DNA of 36,957 bases from Candidatus Hadarchaeum sp. GTDB taxonomy: Archaea > Hadarchaeota > Hadarchaeia > Hadarchaeales > Hadarchaeaceae. The notes beneath the pieces were generated by a model. It saw only the letters and a program-made list of their open reading frames with translations. It was not told the DNA's origin and made no database searches. The translations under genes and the position numbers were made by a program. The stretch is from contig NZ_JAVZIN010000012.1 in the NCBI RefSeq assembly GCF_038871235.1, forward strand, positions 1 through 36,957. Reading direction: 5' to 3'. The stretch's first letter is position 1. Every line of letters starts with the position of its first letter. Positions 16,336 through 25,494 of the stretch are shown here, piece by piece.

Positions 16336-17394
16336 TTACTCCATCTTAACTAAACCCGCCGCCGCCTTTCTGAGCCTATTCATAATCGCAAGCCCGATAC
16401 CCTCGGGCTCTACCCCCTCAGCCAGAATAACGTCCATGTTTTCTAAGTCAAATTCCCGGAGGGTTTTGAAGAGCCCCTTGGCGATGGTCCTAAGATTCTT
16501 GCGTTCCCCAACCACCTTCACTAATGCCGACCCATATTCACCAGCCGTCTCTGCCGTTGCCATAATGCCCACTCTTTTTCCCAACTGCTCGTAACTTTCC
16601 TTAAGCTCTTTAATCTTATCGACAACATTCCGAGGCGAACCTTCGACCAACACCAACTCCGCTTTCGGAGCATAATGTCTGTACTTCATGCCGGGCGCTT
16701 TTGCTATGGCAGCTTCCGCCGGCATTTCTGCCTTCGCAATCGGATGAACTTCGACCCGGCCCAGTATCTGCCTCAGTTCCCCAACGGTTATTGGACCCGG
16801 CCTCAGCACTACTGGTGGATCAACTGTCACGTCGAGAACGGTGGACTCAACACCATAACCCACCTCGCCACCGTCGATTACAACCTCTATTTTGTTGAAA
16901 AAATCATCCAACACATGCTTGGCAGAAGTTGGACTCGGCTTGCCCGCGAGATTTGCGCTTGGAGCGGCCACGGGCACGTCCGCCTCTTTTATCAGAGCTT
17001 GAGCGATGGGGTGACTGGGCATTCTTACCGCCACCGTAGCTAAACCGGCTGTGGTAACGGCAGGTACAAGCTCTGATTTCGGCAAGAGCAACGTTAACGG
17101 GCCTGGCCAAAAAATATCGATGAGCCTTTCCGCGATGTCTGGAACCCTTTCAGCTAAAACGTTCACATCATCCTTGTTAGCAATATGAACGATGAGCGGG
17201 TTGTCCGTAGGTCTGTTCTTTACTTGAAAAATCCTCAAAACCGCAGCCTCGTCAAGCGCGTTCGCTCCCAACCCATACACCGTTTCGGTTGGAAAAGCGA
17301 CCAAGCCTCCCTCCCGAAGAAAACGTGCTGCTACCCAAACGTCATTTAAATCCGGCTTCTCTGGGTCTATTTTCAACACGAGAGTCATGACCAA
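16336..17394 (-). CDS. sua5: Threonylcarbamoyl-AMP synthase Sua5 (YrdC + SUA5 domains)
   Basis: VAFPTETVYGLGA, KNRPTDNPLIVH, FWPGPLT, AAPSAN, APGMKYRHYAP, AIMNRLRKAA. Confidence 0.96.
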   Translation of the reverse strand: MVMTLVLKIDPEKPDLNDVWVAARFLREGGLVAFPTETVYGLGANALDEAAVLRIFQVKNRPTDNPLIVHIANKDDVNVLAERVPDIAERLIDIFWPGPLTLLLPKSELVPAVTTAGLATVAVRMPSHPIAQALIKEADVPVAAPSANLAGKPSPTSAKHVLDDFFNKIEVVIDGGEVGYGVESTVLDVTVDPPVVLRPGPITVGELRQILGRVEVHPIAKAEMPAEAAIAKAPGMKYRHYAPKAELVLVEGSPRNVVDKIKELKESYEQLGKRVGIMATAETAGEYGSALVKVVGERKNLRTIAKGLFKTLREFDLENMDVILAEGVEPEGIGLAIMNRLRKAAAGLVKME

Positions 17395-17538
17395 TTAACC
17401 ACCGCACCGTTATCCATTGATATCATGTGCTCAGGATTTGTATGTTTAACGGCACATCAAAAAGTCAGGATGAAAATATTGAAACTCAACCGCTTAATCC
17501 TCGGAGCACTGCGCCGGTTAAACCCAACGGACTCCAGC

Positions 17539-17696
17539 TTACTTCTCTTCCTACTTTTCCTCATTGCCCTTAACGCCCTTAGCCAGACCCTTCCCGACTC
17601 CTTTGACCGTCACCCGGCCTTTCTTCACTCACTTGCTCTAGTTCTCGTCCGTTTTCTCAGCGGTTTCTTTGGCCTTGCCCTTTTCTCCTCAGCCAT
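17539..17696 (-). pseudogene. Degraded small Lys/Gly-rich protein gene
   Basis: ATG GCT GAG GAG AAA, then after a frameshift GKAKETAEKTDEN*SK*VKKGRVTVKGVGKGLAKGVKGNEEK*; resembles from memory short archaeal (AEKTGE..GKGVKKG..VKG.GKG) proteins. Confidence 0.4.
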
Positions 17697-17732
17697 AAGG
17701 TTCACTTTAAAACAAGTTTTGACGCTAAACCT

Positions 17733-18965
17733 CTAAAGAACTCCTGTCTTTTCAACGCCAATCAGCTTGGTAGCCCCAAGCGCCTCCTCAATCAGCTTAA
17801 GTTGGCGCACGGTGAACCTTCTGGGATTCAACGGTACGATGAGGTTCGAAGAATGACTGAAGCAAATCTTTCCCAGTTCATGTACAAAATCAAGCATGTG
17901 CCTAAAACCGTTTTCCACCATCAATTCATAGAAACAATCTAAGAGGACTACCGACCTGCCCCGGACAAAGTTCAGTCGGTTTTCGACGAACTCCTTCAAG
18001 CGATTCAACTCCTTCGGAGGCATCACGATCTCTCCGGGAATCCGATGTGAAGAAATGAATATTATCGGAGTTCGAAGCAGACCGTATTTTTCCATCTGTT
18101 TAGGCTCGCGGGAAGTAATCCAGAATCCGGGGACGCCGTGAGTAATCTGGTCCAAAAATATCTCTACCCGCTCGTGAGGCCGATAACTTATTATCAGATA
18201 GCATCGCCCTCTCGCGAGCCTGTATCGATATCGTGAGGAGAGACTGGCCTCGGGAAGTGGCAAAAGAAACCGAGATACCGAGGGCAACGGCATAAAACCG
18301 CGGCGAACCACGGCGCTTCCTATCGATATCTCCACCGCTATTAACTCAACTGCTGACAAGGTAGGAATCTCGAGACCAAGAGCCACAATCAGGAAGTCCC
18401 CGAGGAATAGAATGCTAAGTGCAAATATGCAACCAAGCAGCGTATTCCTAAGATACTTGCGATAGAACCCGATCTGCATCCGCCGAAAAACTCTAAAGAG
18501 ATGAATTACCGAAATGACCAAGACCACCGCCACGAAGAGATAGAGAAATAGATAGGCCGGTTTCAGTTCGTAATCATAGCCCAAATAATACAGCGCCGTC
18601 TCACCAATTAGGTTGTCCGTAACTAGGAGGACTATGAAGACCCCACCTATTCCAAACAGCACCAACCAAAAGCGATTATCATTCAACAAGGAAGGGTTGG
18701 TAGTAGCGTGAATCAGGGTGACGAAACGGAAAAAGAGCGGGGCAACAAAGATCACGCCAATGGTTTCGACTTGGCTCCAAAAATCAGGTGAGGGCAAGTT
18801 AAAGTAGATGCGTCTCATGAACTCGCCCAGCATCCACAGAAAAGCGCAGGCGAGCACGAGCAGGAAAATGACGTTTATTCTTTTCCTCGGTCCCCTCAGG
18901 GTGAAAAAAGCCAAGAACAGCGTTAGAAAAAGACCAACAAGAGAAAGCAGCGCATAAAAGTTCAT
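17733..18965 (-). CDS. HisKA_7TM-like membrane sensor fused to DUF835 domain
   Basis: About seven hydrophobic helices, then GRCYLI..GFWITSREP..IIFISS..VVLLDCFYELMVENGF. ATG 18965 follows GGAGGAGTGA. Confidence 0.75.
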   Translation of the reverse strand: MNFYALLSLVGLFLTLFLAFFTLRGPRKRINVIFLLVLACAFLWMLGEFMRRIYFNLPSPDFWSQVETIGVIFVAPLFFRFVTLIHATTNPSLLNDNRFWLVLFGIGGVFIVLLVTDNLIGETALYYLGYDYELKPAYLFLYLFVAVVLVISVIHLFRVFRRMQIGFYRKYLRNTLLGCIFALSILFLGDFLIVALGLEIPTLSAVELIAVEISIGSAVVRRGFMPLPSVSRFLLPLPEASLSSRYRYRLARGRCYLIISYRPHERVEIFLDQITHGVPGFWITSREPKQMEKYGLLRTPIIFISSHRIPGEIVMPPKELNRLKEFVENRLNFVRGRSVVLLDCFYELMVENGFRHMLDFVHELGKICFSHSSNLIVPLNPRRFTVRQLKLIEEALGATKLIGVEKTGVL

Positions 18966-19081
18966 TTCACTCCTCCTACCACTATCTACTGTCAAAGACG
19001 TAAAAGCTCTTCTTGAAACACCTCAAAGCAAACTCTCTACAGAAACTTAAGCCGCTATTTACGAGCCGCTAAAAAGTGAAT

Positions 19082-20161
19082 TCAGGTACGGCACCATTCC
19101 AAGACGTCTTGGAAGAGTTCCTCTCCACTGCACTCAGTTAAACTGAACTCGTTACCCCTCTCCCGGTAGCGCTCGGCCACCAGTTCGGGGTCGGCCTGTT
19201 CGGGAACAAACTTCGATAGCTCCTGAATCGACAACGGCATGGAAATCAGTCCGGTCTTGTAATGCATGCTATAAGGGGCCCTGACGTCGCCCATTGGTTT
19301 GATTATTGAGGCGTCTAGCAAAACCTTACTAACCCGTTCCTCCTTCTTTGCCGTCTCCGAAGTCGTCAGCCCGGGCAACTTCTCGGCAACGCGCGACTCC
19401 ACGAACCTGACGATGTCCGCATAAAAGCTAAAGTGGTTGCGTTCTCTCCTCTCGCTCCTGAGCTGCTTCGGCTTGTAATCTTGAGGTAGCTCATGGGACC
19501 TGAACTGCGCCCAGATCTGGAAGCCGCGCGAACCAGAGAACTTCAGTGCTGGCTTGACTCCATACCCCATTAACACTTCATAAGCAACCCGAACCACTTT
19601 CTTGGTATCCTCGGGAGAAACCTCCTTGCCGGCATCAAAATCGATGACCAGCCAGTCGGGGCGATCGCTACCAATCCGGTGCAGGTAGGGAATGAAATCG
19701 ACCCCGTGAACGTCAAGCCATTTCTCAATATCTCTCCAGCTCTTGATCATGATGTATTTTGGTCCCAACTTTCGCTGCAGCCAAGCTCTGCCCGTGAAAA
19801 GTCGGAAAACCGAGACCCATCGGTCACGGCAAAATTCAAGTATGGCATCCGCCACCTGTGGATAATAACGTTTGGCCCGGTAGACCTTCAGATAATCTTG
19901 ATTCAGCTCCGCTCTAATCTGGCGCCACCTCTTCTCAAAATATTCCCTGCCTTGATCGGAAATCGAATACTCGCCGGCTTTCTCCACCAAGAGCCCCTCC
20001 TTCACCAAGGAATCCAAGAGCTGCTTGGTCTCATCCTCCGAAAACTTCCGGCCAGCGTCACGACTTATCTTCTCCTGAATGTGGGCAAGGTCAACAAATC
20101 TCCCTGCCCTCTTTATCGCCAAGGACATCAGGGCATGGTCCTTAGGGGTTGCCCGTGACAA
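19082..20161 (-). CDS. Winged-helix + LigD-Pol/Prim-Pol (archaeo-eukaryotic primase superfamily) protein
   Basis: N-terminal wHTH-like LVKEGLL..YSISDQGREYF; AEP motifs RPDWLVIDFD, KFSGSRGFQI, VLLD, RAPYS. Confidence 0.8.
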   Translation of the reverse strand: MSRATPKDHALMSLAIKRAGRFVDLAHIQEKISRDAGRKFSEDETKQLLDSLVKEGLLVEKAGEYSISDQGREYFEKRWRQIRAELNQDYLKVYRAKRYYPQVADAILEFCRDRWVSVFRLFTGRAWLQRKLGPKYIMIKSWRDIEKWLDVHGVDFIPYLHRIGSDRPDWLVIDFDAGKEVSPEDTKKVVRVAYEVLMGYGVKPALKFSGSRGFQIWAQFRSHELPQDYKPKQLRSERRERNHFSFYADIVRFVESRVAEKLPGLTTSETAKKEERVSKVLLDASIIKPMGDVRAPYSMHYKTGLISMPLSIQELSKFVPEQADPELVAERYRERGNEFSLTECSGEELFQDVLEWCRT

Positions 20162-20176
20162 CTTCCCACCAGAAGG

Positions 20177-20347
20177 TCAAGTTCCGGTTATCTCGTTCAA
20201 CTTCTCGCCCAGCTTCTTCTCTGCGCAGCTCCAGCAGACAAAGGTGGCCTTTGCCTCGCCTGGCTTGACCAGCTTAACATAGGCCGAATCGTAACTCATT
20301 ATCTGGATCGACTTGCCGCAGAGCTTGCACCTTGGCCCTTTCACCAT
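20177..20347 (-). CDS. Small zinc-finger protein (56 aa), absent from ORF track
   Basis: MVKGPRCKLCGKSIQIMSYDSAYVKLVKPGEAKATFVCWSCAEKKLGEKLNEITGT*; two CxxC pairs, GGTGGAG RBS, ends 15 bp before the Prim-Pol start. Confidence 0.8.
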   Translation of the reverse strand: MVKGPRCKLCGKSIQIMSYDSAYVKLVKPGEAKATFVCWSCAEKKLGEKLNEITGT

Positions 20348-20501
20348 GGTCTCCACCTAAACCTTTTGACGTTTAAAATATAAACTGTTTCAAATAAGAG
20401 CCTTTACTAAACCATCTTCTTAACCTTCACTCTGAGTTCCTAGTTCATCGAAAAAAATGGAGTGATTTTTTACTTTGAAAAAGATAAATGAAAATGATGG
20501 A

Positions 20502-21167
20502 ATGCTACCACTCCTGACCCCGCCAAAAGTTGATCTAGAGGAACTCATCAGGATCCAAAAAAAGATCGCTGAAATGGTCATCAAAAGGGATAGCTTCAGC
20601 AAGCTCGACACCATCGCTGGCTGTGATGTTTCTTTCACTAGAGGAGAATGGGCCTGTGCCGCCTGCGTGGTCCTAGATTACCATGACCTCAACATCGTTA
20701 AACAGAGAACTAGACAAGTAAGGCTAAAGTTTCCCTACCTGCCCACCTTTCTCGCTTTCAGAGAGCTGGAGGCAATGCTAAAGGTGCTACATGGTATTGA
20801 AACCGATGTTTACATGGTGGGAGCCCACGGAATCGCCCACCCCAGAAGAGCCGGGCTTGCCAGCCACCTTGGTGTGCTACTAGACCGCCCGACTCTTGGT
20901 GTGGCAAAATCAAAGCTCTGCGGCGAGGCTGAGGAACCAGGCGAAAAAAAAGGCAATTTTTCCCCGCTAAAGGACAACGGGGAAACGATCGGTGCGGTGG
21001 TTAGAACAAGAGAGGGGGGCAGGCCCGTCTACGTTAGCGTGGGTCACAAGATCTCGCTATCGTCGGCCATCAGGATTACATTGGAGACAACCAGGGATCA
21101 CCGCCTTCCAGAGCCGCTGAGGCTCGCTCACACCATCGCAACCAAATCCATGCAGGATAGATTATAG
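20502..21167 (+). CDS. nfi: Endonuclease V family protein (second catalytic Asp replaced)
   Basis: AGCDVSF, PYLPTFLAFRE, HGIAHPRRAGLASHLG, GVAKS, PVYVSVGH, RLPEPLRLAH. Start ATG 20502 or TTG 20475. Confidence 0.9.
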   Translation: MLPLLTPPKVDLEELIRIQKKIAEMVIKRDSFSKLDTIAGCDVSFTRGEWACAACVVLDYHDLNIVKQRTRQVRLKFPYLPTFLAFRELEAMLKVLHGIETDVYMVGAHGIAHPRRAGLASHLGVLLDRPTLGVAKSKLCGEAEEPGEKKGNFSPLKDNGETIGAVVRTREGGRPVYVSVGHKISLSSAIRITLETTRDHRLPEPLRLAHTIATKSMQDRL

Positions 21168-21234
21168 CGGCCAGACTGAACTTGTTCGGTTGGAATACAG
21201 AAGATCCTAGCACCTAGTCGGACTTAAAACGAAA

Positions 21235-21443
21235 TTGTCCGGAGGGGTTGTCAGAAAAATCAACGAAAATCTGGAGATGGTCGGCAGCGTTAACACATGT
21301 AATTTTGAGGGAAAGCCAAAGGTCTGTCTCCACACCGCCGGCGGTAATGAAAGGAATTCTCGGGCCACCTGGTGGAGGAAGTTGTCACCGTTTTCTGCGA
21401 AATCACAATTCAGGTCTTCGACAACTTAAAGAAAAATGAATAA
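21235..21443 (+). pseudogene. Frameshifted remnant of a PPC/DUF296 domain gene
   Basis: One frame reads ENLEMVGSV..EGKPKVCLHTAGG; another frame from 21363 reads GHLVEEVVTVFCEITIQVFDNLKKNE*, matching the DUF296 C-terminal (E..S..G..HLH..GGHL.E..V...EI) pattern. Confidence 0.6.
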
Positions 21444-21500
21444 AAACCTGTTAAATTATAATGTACTTAACCCTCATGTGCTCGAACCATAGGTGACTCT

Positions 21501-22334
21501 ATGAAATTCGGCCTCTCTGGGCTGCTCTTTCCCCACCTTGACATGGAAGAAGTCATCTCCAGCATTGGCAAGCTTGGCGCCGACCATGCTGAGCTGATCT
21601 TCGACCTGCCCAACTTTACGCCGGAATTCAACCTGAATAAGCTACCCAAGCTCAGAAAGCTGGTCAATTCCTACGGGTTGGCCATCTCCATCCATGGACC
21701 GATCTGGGATCTCAACCCGACTAGCTGGCACGCTACCGTTAGAGATCTGGCACTAAAATACCTGAAAAAAAGCATCGATGTCTGCAACGCCTTGGGCGGT
21801 GAAATTATCGTAATACACCCGGGCAGATGCCCATTTCCCCACGAGGAGAGGTTCCTCTTACCAGCCCAAGAACGCTTCCTGAACTTTATCCAAAGTTCCC
21901 TAAAATACGCTCGAAACCGGGGCGTAAAACTAACTCTGGAGAACTTCCCCATGAACACCGAATTCCCCTACTCATCACCACAGGAAATGCTAACGCTGGT
22001 TAAAGAGCTTGATGATCTGAAGATAACATTTGATGTGGGGCACGCCTTTTTGAACAAGACCTGGCAAAAGCTCTGCTCTCCGGAGAAAAAAATTGCCGAG
22101 GAGATAAAGATGGTCGGAGAATACATCACTAACATCCACTTTCACGACAACCGGGGAGAGCGAGATGACCATCTGCCACCGGGGAAGGGCATAATTAATT
22201 TCACCCCTATCCTCAAGACCCTCAGAAAAATCAACTACAATGGCTGGGTTACCGTAGAACTACATAAAACCGAAGACCCCATAGAGACGGGTAGGATCGG
22301 GCTCGAGAAAACAAGAGAACTATTTAGGAGGTAA
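21501..22334 (+). CDS. Sugar phosphate isomerase/epimerase, xylose-isomerase-like TIM barrel (AP endonuclease 2 family)
   Basis: SIHGP, VIHPG, LEN, FDVGHA, HFHDN, DDHLPPGKGIINF, VE metal-binding pattern. Confidence 0.85.
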   Translation: MKFGLSGLLFPHLDMEEVISSIGKLGADHAELIFDLPNFTPEFNLNKLPKLRKLVNSYGLAISIHGPIWDLNPTSWHATVRDLALKYLKKSIDVCNALGGEIIVIHPGRCPFPHEERFLLPAQERFLNFIQSSLKYARNRGVKLTLENFPMNTEFPYSSPQEMLTLVKELDDLKITFDVGHAFLNKTWQKLCSPEKKIAEEIKMVGEYITNIHFHDNRGERDDHLPPGKGIINFTPILKTLRKINYNGWVTVELHKTEDPIETGRIGLEKTRELFRR

Positions 22335-23913
22335 ACTCCGCCACAATCGTGGCAAATATCGGGCCTCTGATGTCGATCCTCTTGTTGTTAGAAGTTATGT
22401 AGCGCTGTGCTGCCCCATCCAGCTCAAGGTTGACATCACTCAAAGATTTCGCCGCTCGAACGCGAATTTTCACCTCCCTATCTCCCCGCTGCGCTGCCCG
22501 CTCAATTTCATGCGCTGCTAGAGCTGCAAAAGCATCCATATAGGAGATCCCTGTAGCTCTGCCCCGGCTGCGGACAGTGTTCAAGAACTCGTCCTTCTCC
22601 CAGCCTTTAGGCGGCACCCCGATCACGTTGCCATCGTAAACATAAATTTCATTGAAACCGGCCGGGCCGATCAGCTTCGTGTTGCTCTCGGGCTCCACGA
22701 CCTTAACGACAACCCGTCTGCCTGCAATCTCACCTTCACAGGCCCTGAACTCGCAGGGGCTAGGCTCATCAGCGTGCTCCCGGGCCGTCCTCACTATTGC
22801 CTCGGCTATTCTCCTGCCGGCCTCGGTGCTGGGCTCACGCTGGAACCTTATCGCGGCCGCCAGCTCCTCGTCAGAAAACTTCACCTCACGGTAGAGGTAG
22901 GGGAAAACCAACGCGCGGATGTCCGTCTCGCCCGTCCTGATCATCAGCACCCGCTCCAGCCCGATTCCCAAGTTAAACACAGGATAAGCGATATCATAGC
23001 GGCTCAGCGAAACGGGGCTGTAAAAGCCGGCATCGCCGACCTCAAGGTACTCCCCGGTTTTAGGATGCCTGACAAAGACCTCTGACTCCGTTTGTGGGGC
23101 ATAGTATTTAGAAGTGGTAGTTTTTCTAACCAGCCTGACCTCATCAAAACCCAGCTTCGAAAAAATTTTCCGGGTCACCTCTTCCCCGTCCTCCAAGCTC
23201 ATCCTCTCCGCCATGATGACCATCGATGCGGTCCAAGACTCATAGAGGTGGCTTTCATCCAGTCGCTGCTCCCTCCGGAACTTGGGACCGATGGAGAAAA
23301 GCTGCAGCGGCAGCGGCTCCCAGCGCTGAAGTTCACGAAGGGCACCAAACCAAGCTGCCGTGGTATGGGACCTCAGGGTTAAATCCATCGGGACTGGTCT
23401 GAGCTCCCTGAACTCAGGAAAAAGCGAGAGAATGGCTGTGGCCTGCTCCTCCTTTACTCCCAGCTCCTGAACCATCACTTCAACCATTTCATCCGCGTCA
23501 ATCTCGCCCTTTTTGTAGCGTCTGAAAATCCCCTGAAGCTGCTTGGGGCTGTCGAACCCTGGGACAATCTTTTCTATCTCCAGAAGCTTTTTTCGGCTGA
23601 TTCCAATATCCGGCCTCTCTAGCCCGGCTAGGAAAAAGATCCGGTCGAGGATGACGGCGGCCTCAGGACCATACTGGGCCTGCACCTCCTTCTTATCCAC
23701 CAAGATAGGGAGAACGACCTCAGTAAATCCAAGGTCAAGAAAAACCCTTCTGACCTCGGCAATTAGCTCTTGTAACGGGTGGGGTCGGGACTTGTTCTGA
23801 AGTGAAAAAAACCTGCCCTTTTTTTCAATCAGCTCCCCGCTCTCCAGCCAAGCTTTCTCATAATCCTTTTCGGCCTTGACCCTGATCTCCCGGACGTCAA
23901 ACCTCAAGTTCAA
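22324..23913 (-). CDS. sepS: O-phosphoseryl-tRNA(Cys) synthetase
   Basis: QYGPEAAVILDRIFFLAGLERPDIG, LTLRSHTTAAWF, FRREQRLD, SKYYAP, FNLGIGLERV, IDIRGPIF. Start TTG 23913 or 23907. Confidence 0.95.
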   Translation of the reverse strand: MNLRFDVREIRVKAEKDYEKAWLESGELIEKKGRFFSLQNKSRPHPLQELIAEVRRVFLDLGFTEVVLPILVDKKEVQAQYGPEAAVILDRIFFLAGLERPDIGISRKKLLEIEKIVPGFDSPKQLQGIFRRYKKGEIDADEMVEVMVQELGVKEEQATAILSLFPEFRELRPVPMDLTLRSHTTAAWFGALRELQRWEPLPLQLFSIGPKFRREQRLDESHLYESWTASMVIMAERMSLEDGEEVTRKIFSKLGFDEVRLVRKTTTSKYYAPQTESEVFVRHPKTGEYLEVGDAGFYSPVSLSRYDIAYPVFNLGIGLERVLMIRTGETDIRALVFPYLYREVKFSDEELAAAIRFQREPSTEAGRRIAEAIVRTAREHADEPSPCEFRACEGEIAGRRVVVKVVEPESNTKLIGPAGFNEIYVYDGNVIGVPPKGWEKDEFLNTVRSRGRATGISYMDAFAALAAHEIERAAQRGDREVKIRVRAAKSLSDVNLELDGAAQRYITSNNKRIDIRGPIFATIVAEFTS

Positions 23914-24512
23914 CCGCCCCTCTTCTCCAAAGCCCGCTCCAAACGCTGCTGCCTCAAGGCTATGGTTAAATCACCTCGGGTTCTCTCCAGCACCTGTCTG
24001 ACCATGTCCTGCCTCCTCTTCATCCCTGGCAGAACAGCGTCCGCATAATCGAACTCCATCAGAAACTCAAAAATTCTCTCCATCAGCTTTAGCATCGTCT
24101 CGGCGTGGTCTATTTCGTTAGCTCGAATCAAATCCAAAACGTGCCGCCGCAACTCACCCACCGCATCGGCCAGCGCTGCCAAATATGGCTTGTAAGGGAT
24201 ACCGATTTCGCCAACCTCAACCAGTTTCTTTTCCATTATTGCCCCTCTGACGATCTCCGCCTCACCATATTCCTGCTGGGCCGAGAGCACAATTCCCGAT
24301 TCGGCCAGCTCCGGAGCATCCGCGGTCAGTTTCGCCAGCGAGTTCAGACCCTCCCTCGCCTCGGCGATGAACCCATCAGCCGACCGCTGGTCGCCCCTAT
24401 GGATGGCCGCTATCGCCTTGGCTGAAGCCCTTATCGTCTGTCGCGAAGCTTCCAGCGCCTGCTCCCTCAGCTCGGCCTGATGGTCAAAATAGGCCCTCAT
24501 CCGTTCCAACAA
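23910..24512 (-). CDS. Translin/Trax (C3PO) family RNase
   Basis: REQALEASR, QQEYGEA, YLAALADAVGELRR, KRRQDMVR. Confidence 0.88.
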   Translation of the reverse strand: MLERMRAYFDHQAELREQALEASRQTIRASAKAIAAIHRGDQRSADGFIAEAREGLNSLAKLTADAPELAESGIVLSAQQEYGEAEIVRGAIMEKKLVEVGEIGIPYKPYLAALADAVGELRRHVLDLIRANEIDHAETMLKLMERIFEFLMEFDYADAVLPGMKRRQDMVRQVLERTRGDLTIALRQQRLERALEKRGG

Positions 24513-24572
24513 GTTTACGCCTCCTTCAATAACTAAATGTTTGAACTATTCAAGGCTTGTGGCTATCGCCAG

Positions 24573-25493
24573 CTATCTTCTGCTCAAGAGAACAACACGA
24601 CTGAGCTCCGCCTCGTCTAAAACCTTATAACCGCTGCCTGCTGCAACCGCGCGGGCAAAATCGACTATCTCAGAGTGAAGAGGCATGTTCCCCAGGCCCA
24701 GCCTGCTCCGGGAAAAACCCACGCACATGTAGGCCTTAACTTCGACAAAGTCAGCGTCTGCCCGCGCAATTATTTTCGCGTATGACTGTGGGTCCCTGAA
24801 ATTCAGGCCCTTCGCCAGCGTCAGCCGAATAACCCTACGACAGCTGAAAGATGATAAAAGCTCCAAGCTCCGCATGAGCCGCTCCCAGCCATCGCTCAAG
24901 GCTGGACGGCAGACTGCCCTATAAACGTCTGGATCCGGTGCCACCAATGAAATGTAGAGCTGGGTCGGTTCCATCATCTTCTCCAAGATCTCAGGATGTT
25001 GCCCGTTACTCACAAAAAAACTGGTCATCCTTCGTCTTTGACACTCCTCAATCAAGTTGTTGATCTTGGGGTAAAGCGTCGGCTCTCCGGCAAGCGAGAT
25101 TGCACAGTGGTTGGGATGTAACGCCTCGCTGAACTTTTTTTTATCCACCTCAGGATTGCCCCCAAACCCGCTGATCAGGAGACGTTGAGCGGCGATGGCT
25201 CCATCCAGAATTTCCGCGGGTTCATCGGCCTCTCCTTCCCACCTCGAGCTGGTGATCTCAGTGTTGCGCCAGCAGAAGATGCACCTGTGGTCACAGAAGG
25301 GAAGACCCGGCGCCAGCTGTAGGCAGCGGTGGCTCTGGATACCGTAAAATCTCTGCTTGTAACAGGACCCGCGATTGAGCAGGCTTTTCCTAGTCCAATG
25401 GCAGACCTTCACGGCGCTGTGGCGGCTTCTGCCCAAAAAGCGATAACCTGCCTTCTCCAGCTCTACCATCCAATCAGCTGGCATGGACATCAT
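24573..25493 (-). CDS. taw1: 4-demethylwyosine synthase TYW1/Taw1 (radical SAM)
   Basis: HSAVKVCHWT, CYKQRFYGIQSHRC, CDHRCIFCWR, AISLAGEPTLYP, FVEVKAYM, SRVVLL. Confidence 0.95.
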   Translation of the reverse strand: MMSMPADWMVELEKAGYRFLGRSRHSAVKVCHWTRKSLLNRGSCYKQRFYGIQSHRCLQLAPGLPFCDHRCIFCWRNTEITSSRWEGEADEPAEILDGAIAAQRLLISGFGGNPEVDKKKFSEALHPNHCAISLAGEPTLYPKINNLIEECQRRRMTSFFVSNGQHPEILEKMMEPTQLYISLVAPDPDVYRAVCRPALSDGWERLMRSLELLSSFSCRRVIRLTLAKGLNFRDPQSYAKIIARADADFVEVKAYMCVGFSRSRLGLGNMPLHSEIVDFARAVAAGSGYKVLDEAELSRVVLLSRR

Positions 25494-25494
25494 G

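Noticed and set aside
17425-17736. 103-aa hydrophobic + strand ORF
   Set aside because: Hydrophobicity reflects the pyrimidine-rich antisense of a Lys/Glu-rich minus-strand remnant; no recognisable family.
19505-19545. Gln in place of His in AEP motif II (SGSRGFQ) as a sign of inactivation
   Set aside because: Gln occurs at this position in many LigD-Pol proteins; catalytic aspartates are intact.
21501-22334. Endonuclease IV call for the TIM-barrel protein
   Set aside because: Motifs fit the broad sugar-phosphate isomerase/epimerase group; a repair role cannot be supported from sequence alone.
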